Shown here: one piece after another, positions 13,501 to 25,147 of the stretch | Numbering within the stretch: the stretch's first letter is position 1 | Layout of the letters: each line of letters begins with the position of its first letter | From: Takakia lepidozioides | Lineage: Eukaryota > Plantae > Bryophyta | DNA: 64,000 bases | Direction: 5' to 3' | Assembly: GCA_030704615.1 (NCBI GenBank) | Contig: CM060734.1 | Location: 4,650,001 to 4,714,000, forward strand | Notes under the pieces: generated by a model | Databases searched by the model: none | Told to the model about the DNA's origin: nothing | Seen by the model: only the letters and a program-made list of their open reading frames with translations | Program-made: the position numbers and the translations under genes

Positions 13501-15393
13501 CGGTCTCCCTCCGTCTGAAGCCCTCGCAATATATCAAGAATGGATCGAGTTCCTGAGCTCGTGCTGGGAATATGACTCCCTCGTCCGCTGATGTCCATTG
13601 AGGACTTGCCTGATCTCCAGGATGATCTTGGAACTTCCATGACCTCGTCGGAGTCGGACACGTTGTGAACAACCCGGTTCTCGCTCATCTTCATTGATGG
13701 GATCGGCTGTGGATTAACTTCGTTGCGGATTTCTCTCTTTTGAGGTACCAACTCTCTGATTCGCGGATTGTTTTGTGGAAGGCGGCAGGATAGAAGGCGC
13801 ATTTGGCGGGCAAATGAAGTCCCCAACAGCCCTGTATATGACGCTCTCCGATGGTGGAACTCGCCATTCCCTGCCGTCACCAAAATCATCGTGGAGCACA
13901 ACAATACTTTCGAATACAACTCCATTTGAATCCTTCATTTCCTCCTCCAGGAATACTGACTCCGGTTTTCAGGTGGTATCGAACGCAGAGATATTTCTCC
14001 ATCACCCGACAGATCTCCCCTCTGCACGGAAATGTAGCTCTATGCTCGTGAGGTGGGCAAGTTTTTTTGCCATGGGAGATGTGCACACAAGACTGCCAGG
14101 ATGACGTTCGGGCAAGCGCCCTGGGAGAAGGGGGGATACAGCGAGGTAAAGCAATGCAGGGCCGATCTTTCCGAGCGACGAAGCATATTCACGAATCCGG
14201 CGAGCCCACTCTCCCAAAAATCCACTGTCAGAGTGTTGATGAACCTTGTCTCCGGAATGCGGCCCTTGACCTTTGCGCAATAACTGCCAATGGTATGCAG
14301 TCAAAAGGCTGGAGACCTGTGCAGGTGCGCTGCGCAAACCAATAATTGTGGCGTCTGACGAGAAGCGTGGGGGGCGAGCGTGCAAGCACCTTCCCCATGG
14401 ATAGAGGGTATTCACAGGGGTGGCATTCCAGTGGGTCTGATTGCAAGCTTGAGTGCTAGACCCTCGCAGCCAAAAATCAACATTCAAAATGCAACATTGC
14501 ACAAAAAGTGGAACTTTGGTTCAAAGGAAAAAAATTATTAATAATGAACTGTGAGAAGTATGCATGCCCCCACAAGCTGAGGTTAGCCAAAAGTATGCAT
14601 GCAATCCATGCTCAGCTAAGTTGGAAATTTGCTCCCATGTTGCACTGTTCTCACCAAGAATCTGGAACCTCGATTGGCCTCTCAACAAGCTCATGACTGA
14701 CAAGGTGTCGTCGGTAGGTGAAGACAATGGATGCAGCCCGCTCCCCTTTGGTGTAGTGGACAACGGTGTCATGTCCTCCGATATATGCACCATCGTAAAT
14801 GGAGATCTTTGATGTGGAGATTCTATGTCCATAGGACTCATCCTCGTAGCTTATGAGAATGTCCACATAGACTACCTCTCAGGCATGTACGTACACCCGA
14901 TGCAATCCTCGTAGGCCCACTGGCAGCACCTCCAATGATACAGGAAGGCCGTGCGGCTTTTGGGGATGTTCCATGCAGGCGGATACTGCATATCAACGAT
15001 TCGCAGGCAGGAAAGCCGCGCAAGCCCGTCCCCGCGAGGCTGATCATGGAAGCTAGGAAGGTACTCAAGAGCGGACAGGTGGACCCTCCTCTGCTGAGAG
15101 TGGTCTATCCAATCCTGTAGGAATATGAAAATGTCCCCTGACTTGGGCGAGAAGTCCCACGGGGTGAGATGCTTGTTAGGGCAATTGTTGGGATCCCGGC
15201 ACGCCATTGCCGAGTATTCAAAGGGCTGCCAGGAAGCATAGAGGGTGCGCAGGGAAGTGGGAGTGTGGGAGGAGAGGAAGTGAGAGGAGCTCGGAGCGAG
15301 GAACTCGGAGCGAGGAACTGGTGTTGATGTCTCGGTTCGAAACGCAGCGGGTGACGTGGGAATTTGGACAAGTGGCAAATAAAAGCGCAGCAT
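10504..15393 (-). pseudogene. MULE-like transposase: GCM/WRKY-like Zn domain + MULE DDE domain + SWIM finger, multi-exon, degraded
   Basis: CVGALRC...C...HC...C...C...CIHVGVHCH (12918-13310); FMADNAQANW and ERSCGFHFLQSL (12105-12629); TTNMAES at about 11865-11895; SWIM CNCTDF...KHLYYIY (10504-10950). Confidence 0.8.
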
Positions 15394-15489
15394 TTAATAT
15401 GCCCGTACCCGAGAATGAGGCGCAACATTTACTTCATGGTCGGCTCCATAAAACCGCTCATCCTGCGAAAAACCTCCAGGGTAGGAGAT

Positions 15490-16770
15490 GGCGCCAACAT
15501 GTTCATCCAAGTCCATCCCAAGATAGAAAAACGGCGCCAAATTTCCATGCGTGTGGGCTCTCATGGAGTCGAGTTGGGGGGAGAGGGCTCCACGTGGATG
15601 CCAGAGTTCATCCCCCGGATGGAAAAATGGCGCCGAATTTCCATCCGAGGGGGCTGGGATGAAGTCGTCTCGGGGGGAGAGGCCGACACGTGGCTGCCAC
15701 AGATCATCCCACGGATGGAAAAATGGCGCCAAATTTCCATCCGAGGGGGCTGGGATGAAGTCGTCTCGGGGGGAGAGGCCGACACGGGGCTGCCAGAGTT
15801 CATCCCACGGATGGAAAAATGGCGCCGAAGTTCCATCCGAGGGGGCTGGGATGAAGTCGTCTCGGGGGGAGAGGCCGAAAGGGGGTTGCCAAAGTTCATC
15901 CCCCGGATGGAAAAATGGCGCCGAAGTTCCATCCGAGGGGGCTGGGATGAAGTCGTCTCGGGGGGAGAGGCCGACAGGGGGTTGCCAGAGTTCATCCCCT
16001 GGATGGGAAAATGGCGCCGAATTTCCATCCAAGGGGGCTGGGATGAAGTCGTCTCGGGGGGAGAGGCCGACACGGGGCTGCCAGAGTTCATCCCCGGATG
16101 GAAAAATGGCGCCGAATTTCCATCCAAGGGGGCTGGGATGAAGTCGTCTTGGGGGGAGAGGCCTCCACGTGGATGCCAGAGTTCATCCCCCGGATGGAAA
16201 AATGGCGTTGAATTTCCATCCGAGGGGGCTGGGATGAAGTCGTCTCGGGGGGAGAGGCCGACATGGGGCTGCCAGAGTTCATCGCTAATGATCCAGGTAA
16301 GCAATTGAGATCCATTGCTTGCCCCAACACCTGACGATGGGATGATGGAAAAATGGCGCCGAATTTCCATCTGAGGGGGCTGGGATGAAGTCGTCTCGGG
16401 GGGAGAGGCCTCCACGTGGATGCCAGAGTTCATCCCCCGGATGGAAAAATGGCGTCGAATTTCCATCCGAGGGGGCTGGGATGAAGTCGTCTTGGGGGGG
16501 GAGGCCTCCATGTGGATGCCAGAGTTCATCCCCCGGATGGAAAAATGGCGCCGAATTTCCATCCGAGGGGGCTGGGATGAAGTGGTCTCGGGGGGAGAGG
16601 CCGACACGTGGCTGCCAGAGTCCATCCCCCGGATGGAAAAACGGCGCCGAATTTCCATCCGAGTGGTCTAGGATGAAGTCGTCTCGGTGGGGGAGGCCGA
16701 CACGTGGCTGCCACAGATCATCCCACGGATGGAAAAATGGCACCGAATTTCCATCCGAGTGGGCTCAGAT
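15490..16770. repeat. 96-bp tandem array of nested hairpin units inside the MULE
   Basis: Unit GGATGGAAAAATGGCGCCGAATTTCCATCC...GGATGAAG...TTCATCC recurs with a 96-bp period (e.g. 15617 and 15713), about 12-13 copies. Confidence 0.95.
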
Positions 16771-16894
16771 GGAGCCGTCTTCAACCATTTTCAGTTGTTA
16801 CTTCACTTTTTTCGAGTTTTTTTGTATAATACGACCCTGAACATACGGTTTTCTCCCTTCGGACCACTTTTTGTGTACATTATCCCTACAAATT

Positions 16895-17480
16895 TCATCC
16901 GTTGGATAGAAATTCGGCGCTGTTTTTCCATCCAAGGGCGCTCCAACTTATCCTGAGGATGGAAATTCGGCGCCGGTTTTCCATCAAAGCGCCTGTGCTT
17001 GACTACGTCTCGGTCGGAGGGAGGGCCACGTGGCGCTCCTACTTCATCCGCCGGATGGAAATTCGGCGCCATTTTTCCATCCAGGGGATTGTGGATGAGG
17101 ACGTCTCGGGGGGAGGGAGTGCCAGCTGGCACTCGGTCTTCATCCACTGGATGGAATTCGGCGCCGTTTTTCCATCCAAGGGATTCTGGATGAGGACGTC
17201 TCGGGGGGAGGGAGTGCCACTTGGCGCTCTTCTTCATCCACCGGATGGAAATTCAGTGCCGCTTTTCCATCCAATGACTTGTGGATGATGCCGTCAGGGG
17301 CGGAGCGAGCTCGACGTGGCGCTCCGACTTCATCCGCCGGATGCAAATTCGGTGCCGTTTTTCCATCCAAGGGATTCTGAATGAGGACGTCTCGGGGGGA
17401 GGGAGTGCCAGTTGGCGCTCCGACTTCATCCGTTGGATGGAAATTCGGCGTTGTTTTTCCATCCAGCGGGCTGTCGATGA
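16895..17480. repeat. Diverged array with the same core motif in inverted orientation
   Basis: Repeated GGATGGAAATTCGGCGCCATTTTTCCATCC, the reverse complement of the core in the preceding array; about 6-7 copies. Confidence 0.9.
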
Positions 17481-18366
17481 AGTCTCGGGTGGAAGTTGGG
17501 ACAGGTGGTGGCGGGGGGCCGAGCTCCATACCTATGACATTGAAGGGCGCTAGCCAGCATTCATTGTCCGCAGCCGTTGGTTTTGAACAGGACGTTCCGC
17601 ACGGATTCCGCGTTGCCTTCTCGGATACGCATGGAACCCCTGACGTGACAGGTGGATGAAGTTCCACTCGAGGCCTGTACGCACGCATTCTGCAGGAGAT
17701 TTTTCTGTTACTCGGACTTATGCCACGTGGAGTAGGTCCTGGCTCTCCTGAGAGAAACCCCACATCCAGACCGCGGCGCAAACTCAAACCTTTGTACTAC
17801 GGGCCGCGTCCAACGTCTTGCATGGCCAAACTGAAGCTCCAGCATGAGATCCCCTTGTCTTGCTCACAGCCCGCGCCAACTGAAGCCGAGCACTCTCAGG
17901 CGAGCCCCTGCTTCCTCCTCTCTATGTAGCATGTGCGGTCGTCTGATTGGCTTTGTTTTGTTTGTTTTGGCATCCTTCTGCGTGTGCTTCTGCATGTGTT
18001 TTTAAGCCTTCACTTGGTTTTGCTTTCATGGTTGTTCCATGCCACTCCCTACTCTGCCTCTCACGACTGTGGCTCGTTTGGCGATTGTGGCGCTCTTGTT
18101 GGGGATGATAGAGTGAAGACAAGCTCGACACGGTGGTGGTATCGTCGACAGCTCCAACTCCTCGAGCACTCACTCCAAAAGCAACTACTCATCGACCGCA
18201 GTCCGATAGTCATCGGAACCAGTCTGCAGACCACGTGCTTCGTATTTTCGGGTCGCCAAAGCGGGGGCGTGAGGGCACACAGGAACTAGGTCCTTTTGCT
18301 GGTGGACGGGAGGCCCTAGAGCGGGAGTACGCCCGAATAGGCATTCGGGAGGTTGGTGCAGCCAGC

Positions 18367-20568
18367 ATGGCAGGTGCAGGGCGTCGCATGAGGACAGCAG
18401 ATCCGCCAATCCAGGAAGCTGATGCACGTGCACGAGGGCTCGCCCATGCAAAGAAGAAGAAGAAAGCCAAGCACATGCAATCCCCGGCGAGAGAGCCATC
18501 ATAGGCTGCAGAGGGGGTCTGAACAGAACACCCACCAAGGCGCATGAGAGTGTGAGTTCCCCGCAATCAAAGGTGGTCGTCCTGGAGGCCTCCCCTGCCG
18601 CTACGCCTAGTAAGAAACAGAAGGCCCATGAGAGGGCAAAAGAGAGGGCAAGAGGAACTTCCGGCGGTGAATGAGGGAGTTGAGGACGACGAGAGGGACC
18701 TTTCTGACCAGGATGACATCCTCTCGGAGATCCCCAAACCCCAAACCTGGAGCATACAGGCTGGATTTGGTGGTCCTGGTGGGCTGCCGGAGAACCCCCC
18801 TGCAGCAAACGTCATGTCGAAGGCCAATATGAAGTTGGCCGCTGCCAAGATGTTGGAGGCAACCCATAGCAACATTGGCAGGGTCCGAGGCATGGTCTAC
18901 CCGACAAAGCTTCGGATTCCTCTCTGCCGCTTGGTATCATTGCAGGTGGTCAGACCTGCCCTCCCAGGCGATATCAACAAGCTGAAATCCTCTTTCCGGG
19001 ACGGATATCGAATGGGGTCTGCCGCGTTTTATGTCTCGATTGAAGAACGACCACGGAGCTTCTCGTGCCCACACTTTTGAGGAAGTGGACAAATAGGGTC
19101 CCCATTGGCAAAGGCGAAATGAGGAGTTTGAGAGATTGATTGCTACTGATCCTATTTTCCAGCACTTGTCCGGGAAGATGTTTCATGTGTGGGACGGCAA
19201 CCATCGCCTCCTGGCATGGATGGAGCACATAGCCCAAGCCCACCCCAATGACCTAGATTGGCATTACGCCGTGGAGTGTGTTGTGCTAAAGGTTGCGGGG
19301 CCAAAGGATCGCAGTCTTCTCAAAGCTACTATGGCAGACATCAACTCGTAAGTTGCAATGCCTCTTGCACTGGAACTTTGAATTTGAAACACTCATTTCA
19401 TTGCCAATCGTCATATTTGTTGCAAATTCTCATTTCAGTATCATTTAATGGAAATGTGGCATTGCAGGGTGAATGAGAATGCCTTCATTGCCACCAACTT
19501 GTCCCTCATGCTCTTCCAAGTGAAGGATGTCGGGAAGCAGGGGGTGCAAGAGTTTGCCAATTCGCTCAGTATCGACCTCCTGCGCAAGTCGGAGGCAAAG
19601 GAGGACAGAACCTGGTATGAGCATGGACGCCATGGTGGACTACATATTTCAGGTACTGCGATATGCTCTCTTCTTTTGTTGACGTAATCAGTCTTTGCTC
19701 CCCCAATCGAAGAAAAAGTGTGGACCAAGATTTCTAATCTTATGTGCGCATTGTTGACAGACAAAAATTGAGCAGGATTTGGCACATGCGAGGAGGTTCT
19801 ACATGGAGTCAGAGGAGAAGAAACTAACCCTCCTGGCACTGGAATTGTATCTCAAAGCTGCGGAGGCGAAGGCTCGCATCAAGTACAAGTCGCGGATGGT
19901 GAAGTATGTGGCCATTGCTGATCCCGCCCTTGGTGCCGACTTTCTGGTGGAGGTGGGGAAGCACTACTCCTGCGTTCTTAAGCCCACGATGACACTGGAG
20001 AAGCTGCATTGTCTAGCCACAACCTGTGTGGATGCAACAGAGAATGTGATACATTCTTAACCAAATTCTCTTGTGGCAACAATCCGTTTTCATGGTGTCT
20101 TGCGCTTACTAATATGCACGCTGGTTGGACAGACCCGGTGGCTCCAAATCTAGAATGGGTCCCAGAGTACACGGGACATGTGGGGCTTCCCAAAACCCGA
20201 CAAATTGTCCAACCCCACATTCGACATGTGGATGAGCCGCATGACATGGTGGTTTCAGGTACTTTCCCACGCTTCATTTGGCGCTTCTACTCTTGTATCG
20301 GGTGGATTTCCTATATTTCTTGAGGAATGTTGTCTGATGGAGAATCTCCGCAGGTGACAACGAATGCGTAAGAGCAGCTTGACACCCACGCACATCAGTT
20401 GAAGCTGGAGATTGCAGGAGAAGCAGAGAGCCTCCGCGACTATGTGACGAGGTACTTTCTGCTGTACAAAACCGACTTGTTCTTTCGAGAGATACCGCAT
20501 GCCTGGAGGAGCCACGAGTTCACCGACCAGCCGAACGCAGATAAAGCGGCAATGCGCCTTCTGTACAG
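18367..20568 (+). pseudogene. ParB/Sulfiredoxin-like domain protein, multi-exon, divergent from the MULE transposase
   Basis: RIPLCRLVSLQVVRP...DINKLKSSFRDGY and FHVWDGNHRLLAW (DGNHR is the ParB/Srx signature). Frameshift near 19060; canonical GT-AG introns at about 19349-19468 and 19653-19775. Confidence 0.65.
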
Positions 20569-21619
20569 GTAAATATGTTGTGCTCCTCTTTGATCCGTGG
20601 CCATTGTAGTCCCTAGAGTTCCTGGATGTAAAACGCCTAATGTGGGGCAGACAATTCGTTGTGAAGAAATGGCTAAGTCCCTGGGGTGGCTGCCCCCGAG
20701 ACTGGGAAAATGGCGCCAAATTTCCAGTCTCGGTGGAAGCCACCCCAGGGACTAGCCATTTCGAAGCCCCGAATCTGGAAATTCGACGCCATTTTCCCAG
20801 CTTGGGGCCCAAAATGGCTAAGTCCAATGAGGGGCTCGCCCCGATACGGGAAAAATGGCGCCGAATTTTTGGGGCAATCTGGAAATAATTAACAGAGATG
20901 TCCCTACCCCCTTTGTTATCCTTGTTGTGGTGATGTATGTATTGCTTGGCTGAATCATAAAAAGTGATTTACAGCCCGCAACAATTATTAAGGATGTTGG
21001 GGCAACACTTTACCAGTGTTACTCCCTCCCTTATGAGGGTTGTCAGAGTTATTCCTTGCCAAACCATGGCCTTCTGCTACAGTTTATAGGCATTGTTGAA
21101 TTGGGATGATAAGGCATCAATACCTGATCCCTTTGTACAAGCTGTATTATATACCAGTTTAAATGAATACTGACATGAAGGGTTATATAAATCTGAGGTA
21201 CCCCAAACATGAACTCTAACCAGCATGATACCCATGGGGTTTTATTAAGTTCAATGGGATCCTGCCTATGGACACTAGCCTTGAAGGTATTAGGGAAAAC
21301 TAGAATGATTATGCCAGTGATGTTTCCTTCCCTTCTGAGGGCTGTCTACGTGGTTTTGATTCAGGAGCCTAAAAACAAGCATAATACCATGTGAAGTTAC
21401 TATGAACACTTGAATTCCAGCCCTGGAAATGACTTGTAATGGCTCTTTCCTTGTTTAGGGCTTTCAGCTTGGCTCTGTTTTTTAAGGCTTAGAAACCAGA
21501 ATAACACCTTTGTGGTGATTTTTGGGAACACCTGAATTACAGCTCATTGTCACCAGACAAGGTTTGACATGTTACACAGTATGGTACCAGCTGTTTATAT
21601 AATAAAATCTTGCAATTAT

Positions 21620-23306
21620 ATGGATGCATGATATGGATGAGAGCCCACCATCCCACCCTTACCTGGTGTTGCTTTGATTCTTGTAAATGTTGAATCATTA
21701 TGGTAACATGCCCTATGGTTTTCTATAAAACAATGTCATACAATCCATGTGATGTATGAAAGAAATCCTGGATTTTTCAGTTTGATGGTTGATGGATGGT
21801 GCCACTGTAAAGTGGCTGACATGTCTCTTCTTTTATTGACAAAGACCGTAGGGGTCTTGTCCTTGTTTTGTCTTGACATGACAAATTTATCTTCCTTCTC
21901 TCTTTTTAACTTTTTCTGCCCCCTCTCTGAGCTCTCCCTCTCTGTTTTGATTTTTTTTGTGAGCAGTACAAAAGAGAGGGAAGATACTTTTTGTCATGTC
22001 AAGACAAAGACAGGACCCCTAGGGTTGTTGTCATGAAGAAAAAGAATAATCAGACATATCAGCCACTTAACAGTGGCACCATCCATTAGTCAGCAAGCTA
22101 GAAAATCCAGAATTACCTCCATGCACGGTAATGTGTTCATGTCAGTATTATTCATAACCCAAAGAGTACTTCACCAATGCTGATCGACCACCAGTCATGA
22201 TCAGGATACACATTCAGAGGTCTGGGTGGGATGGCGGATACTTGGCCATACTTTGGCCTTGATGTGTTGCACGTCAAATGGTCATACAGATTTACAATCC
22301 AGATTGATTGATGTCCGCAAGCTGGAATCCAAGCATACTTACTCAAACCCCATGGGTGTCATGGAGGGTTTCTAAAAAAAAAAACAAAAAAAAAACTTGG
22401 GTACCATAGATTTAAATATCTTGCCCTGCCAGTATTTATTTAAACTGGTCTGCAGCACAGCTTGCCCCCACAGGGGAGGGGGATATGTCCAGTTAATTTT
22501 CCAGATCACCCCTATACCATTATTTCTTGCTACAGCTGAAAATCAAAGTTCATGACACAACAAGGCAAGTATAAAGCACTGCATACACACCCTATGACAG
22601 TATATGACACTGCTAGCACACCCTATTCACACCATACCACATTTGACCATGTCATTACACCATGTCCAGGGGGTATTTCCACTTAACCACCCTGGCTGCC
22701 TCAAAAACCAATCACCAAATATATTGCTGCCATTTTTCATTGTCAGCCGATTGGCCACAAGCAGAATCTTCACCATACCCTGGCCTAAGCATCTAGCTAA
22801 CAAAGCCATCTGGGTTGGAACATAACAGGGGTATTTTACCATCATGGGTACCCGAGTAGCTGCAGCAAACAGCTCATTGCAGCCCCTCCTTTTGTTTCCA
22901 ACTACCATAAGGCAAACAAAGCAAACTAGGGCCCGAAAAACAGATGTGTGTCCCACACAAGCCATGATAAACTCGGCTATCATAACAAAGCAAAGGCCTT
23001 CCATTGGCTGGGCCGGAATAGCCCACCCTAAACAACACTAAACTTGTTCCTCATAGATAAAAGAAAGAGGTAGGATCAAGAAAAACCATAGGGTAGTTTA
23101 GTTTTTCAACATTTTAAGATGAATTCATGGCCAGCAACCCATTCCACAGCTCTGCAACCCACTTGGCATCCAGCAGCACCTAGACATCAGTACATATTAA
23201 GTGGAAGCCCTCACATGTGCCCGTCCCAAAAACAACCACAAAGCATTGTGAGTTGGATGCACGAGGTGATGGCAGGCTTCCACACTTGCTATCGAGGTCA
23301 AATACG
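21620..23306. repeat. Non-coding interspersed repeat, copy 2, with an inverted duplication at 21620-22170
   Basis: 21620-21900 is the reverse complement of about 8100-8390. 21935-22170 is a direct match to 8050-8290. Also shares the GTGTGTCCCACACAAGCC motif and the terminal structured block. Confidence 0.8.
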
Positions 23307-23879
23307 CTGAATCTAAGTACAGAGAATGCTAAAGAAAGCAGGGAAGCAAAACAAACAGAAAAAAAAAGAACATTTTTTATTGTTTGGGGGATGGTCGCCA
23401 TCTCTCCACAAACCCAGCGGTGCAGGGAGGTCTCCGCCAACACCACAATAGTGCTACCTTAACCAAAGCAAAGCCTTGCCAAGCACAAGAGCAAAAAGAG
23501 CTTTGTCTCATAAGGTAGGGTTTATAAAGGGGGGGAGAGAGACTTCCTTGTTCTACCAGGACGCCGCCATTCATCAAAGATCCAAAGGGAGGGCTCCTAG
23601 GGAAATTCCACAACCAGGCAGGCCGGTACCTCCGCCAGCACTGCCTATGTTCCCTTGTGCAACCAAAAAACAAACAGACGAGGTAGCGAATCTTCCCTCA
23701 TCTCTAAGCCACCGCCATCGCCTTAAAGAGCCCGCAGAGGCGGCACTCACAAGAGCCTTAAACACTCCAGGGATCGGCAGCTCACGGGATCTGCAGCACG
23801 AGTACCATCACCACCTCCAAGCTGCCATCGCGCGCATTTTCACAGCGCAAAAGAAATAAACTAGGGTTGCGCAGGGCTT

Positions 23880-24330
23880 TACCCTGTCCAGCTCGTCATT
23901 CATCCCTTTCTAGGATGAAAAACATCCACCAGACTATATACCGATGGACGTTGTCCGTTTCACATTCAGGGAAGATGAAAAAACATCGGGCGTTCATCCT
24001 CTGCCTTGAACCCGACGGATGTGGTCCGTTTTTCATCCAGGTTAGAAAAAAAACTCGGGACTTTTTCATTCATTTATACCTGTCTTGAACTCGACGGACG
24101 TCCACCGTTTCCCATCCAGTGTGGATGAAAAAAATAGGTACTTCATAATCATCCATAGGTATTTAGGTCCGGTTAGATAAAGTCTTTTTTCATCCAGGTT
24201 GGATGAAAAATGACGGGTACTTTACAATCACAGTATATTCCGGACGATATCCGGGTAGGTTAGGATGAAATACTTCCCTGCAGGTAATATGTTCGGGTTT
24301 TCAGCCCAATTCTTAACTATGGGGGAGACC
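23880..24330. repeat. Probable subterminal-repeat region of another DNA transposon
   Basis: Cluster of alternating GGATGAAAAA / TTTTCATCCAG motifs in both orientations, non-coding. Confidence 0.45.
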
Positions 24331-25147
24331 ATCCTGCAGGTAATTCCTTTGGACAGAATGTTGTTGGGGCCTATATGTACCTCTATTTGCTCCATTTTTT
24401 AACCTTCAGTGAATGGCGTGGTTTCCTGAGGTGGTTCCATTCTGAGGAATGGCTGGTCGACGTAAGGAGGCACTGGCGGACCCTGTGGAGGCTTGCATGG
24501 GGCCTTGGAGGCCAAGTTTCATGAGCTCGTGGAGGGCGGTTTGAGGAGTGTCTACAAGATGCTCTCATGGTCATGCAAGTGAGAGAAGTGAGGAAAAAGA
24601 GGGTGTTGGGATGAGAGCGTGTTGGGGATATGCATTGCTTTAGCTTCCCTTCCTCGTAGCTTTCCACCTTCTTTGTAGGCCGGGACCTTCCCGTAGGTGA
24701 AGGCAAGAGTCAGTCCAGGTTTGGGCTGGGTTGCAGGAGCGACACTATGGAGTTGTTTTTGGTGTGGGGGAGTTGTTGTTTTCATTCTTGTGTTTGGATC
24801 CCCTCCACACCTGCATGCTTGATTGTGCGCCATGCTAGCTTTGTGTGGGCGCTTGATTTTTATAGGTGGTTGACTCGGGCTTGATCGCCGATTCAACCCT
24901 AGAGCATGCTGTCGATGGTGAGGCTGGGTTGATGATCAGTCAGACCATCTTTGTTTCTCCTGTGGTGAGGTTGGAGGTGATGACCAGCCAACCATGGGAG
25001 TGCCTGCGGTGGATGCAGGTGTAGGTGCAGGCTATGTTAGGAACCTAGTATTCCAAACCATAAGCCGCATCAGGTTCTCTACCTGGATACCTTGTGGAGA
25101 GGGGGTTAGAGACAGGTTCATGACCGGTTGAGTGTCAGTTTGTCAAC

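Larger units (their letters stand above)
9674..20890 (-). mobile_element. MULE/Mutator-like DNA transposon, copy 1 (right end not resolved)
   Basis: Left terminus GAGGTTAGCTATTTCATGAGCATGAG is identical to that at 61019 in a different flank. Subterminal AAAATGGCGCCGAATTT motifs occur at 9900-10220 and 20700-20870. Encodes a MULE transposase and SWIM. No matching inverted terminus found at the right end. Confidence 0.75.

Noticed and set aside
15364-16840. Long repetitive ORFs (314, 365, 212 aa) over the 96-bp array
   Set aside because: Open in several frames on both strands only because the unit is a multiple of 3 with few stops; no domain signal.
15490-17480. CRISPR-like appearance (palindromic repeat plus spacer)
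   Set aside because: The spacers are themselves near-identical, there are no cas genes, and the context is eukaryotic.
20890-20960. Right TIR/TSD of the first MULE
   Set aside because: No reverse complement of GAGGTTAGC found; the short GCTGAATC match to the expected flank is likely chance.
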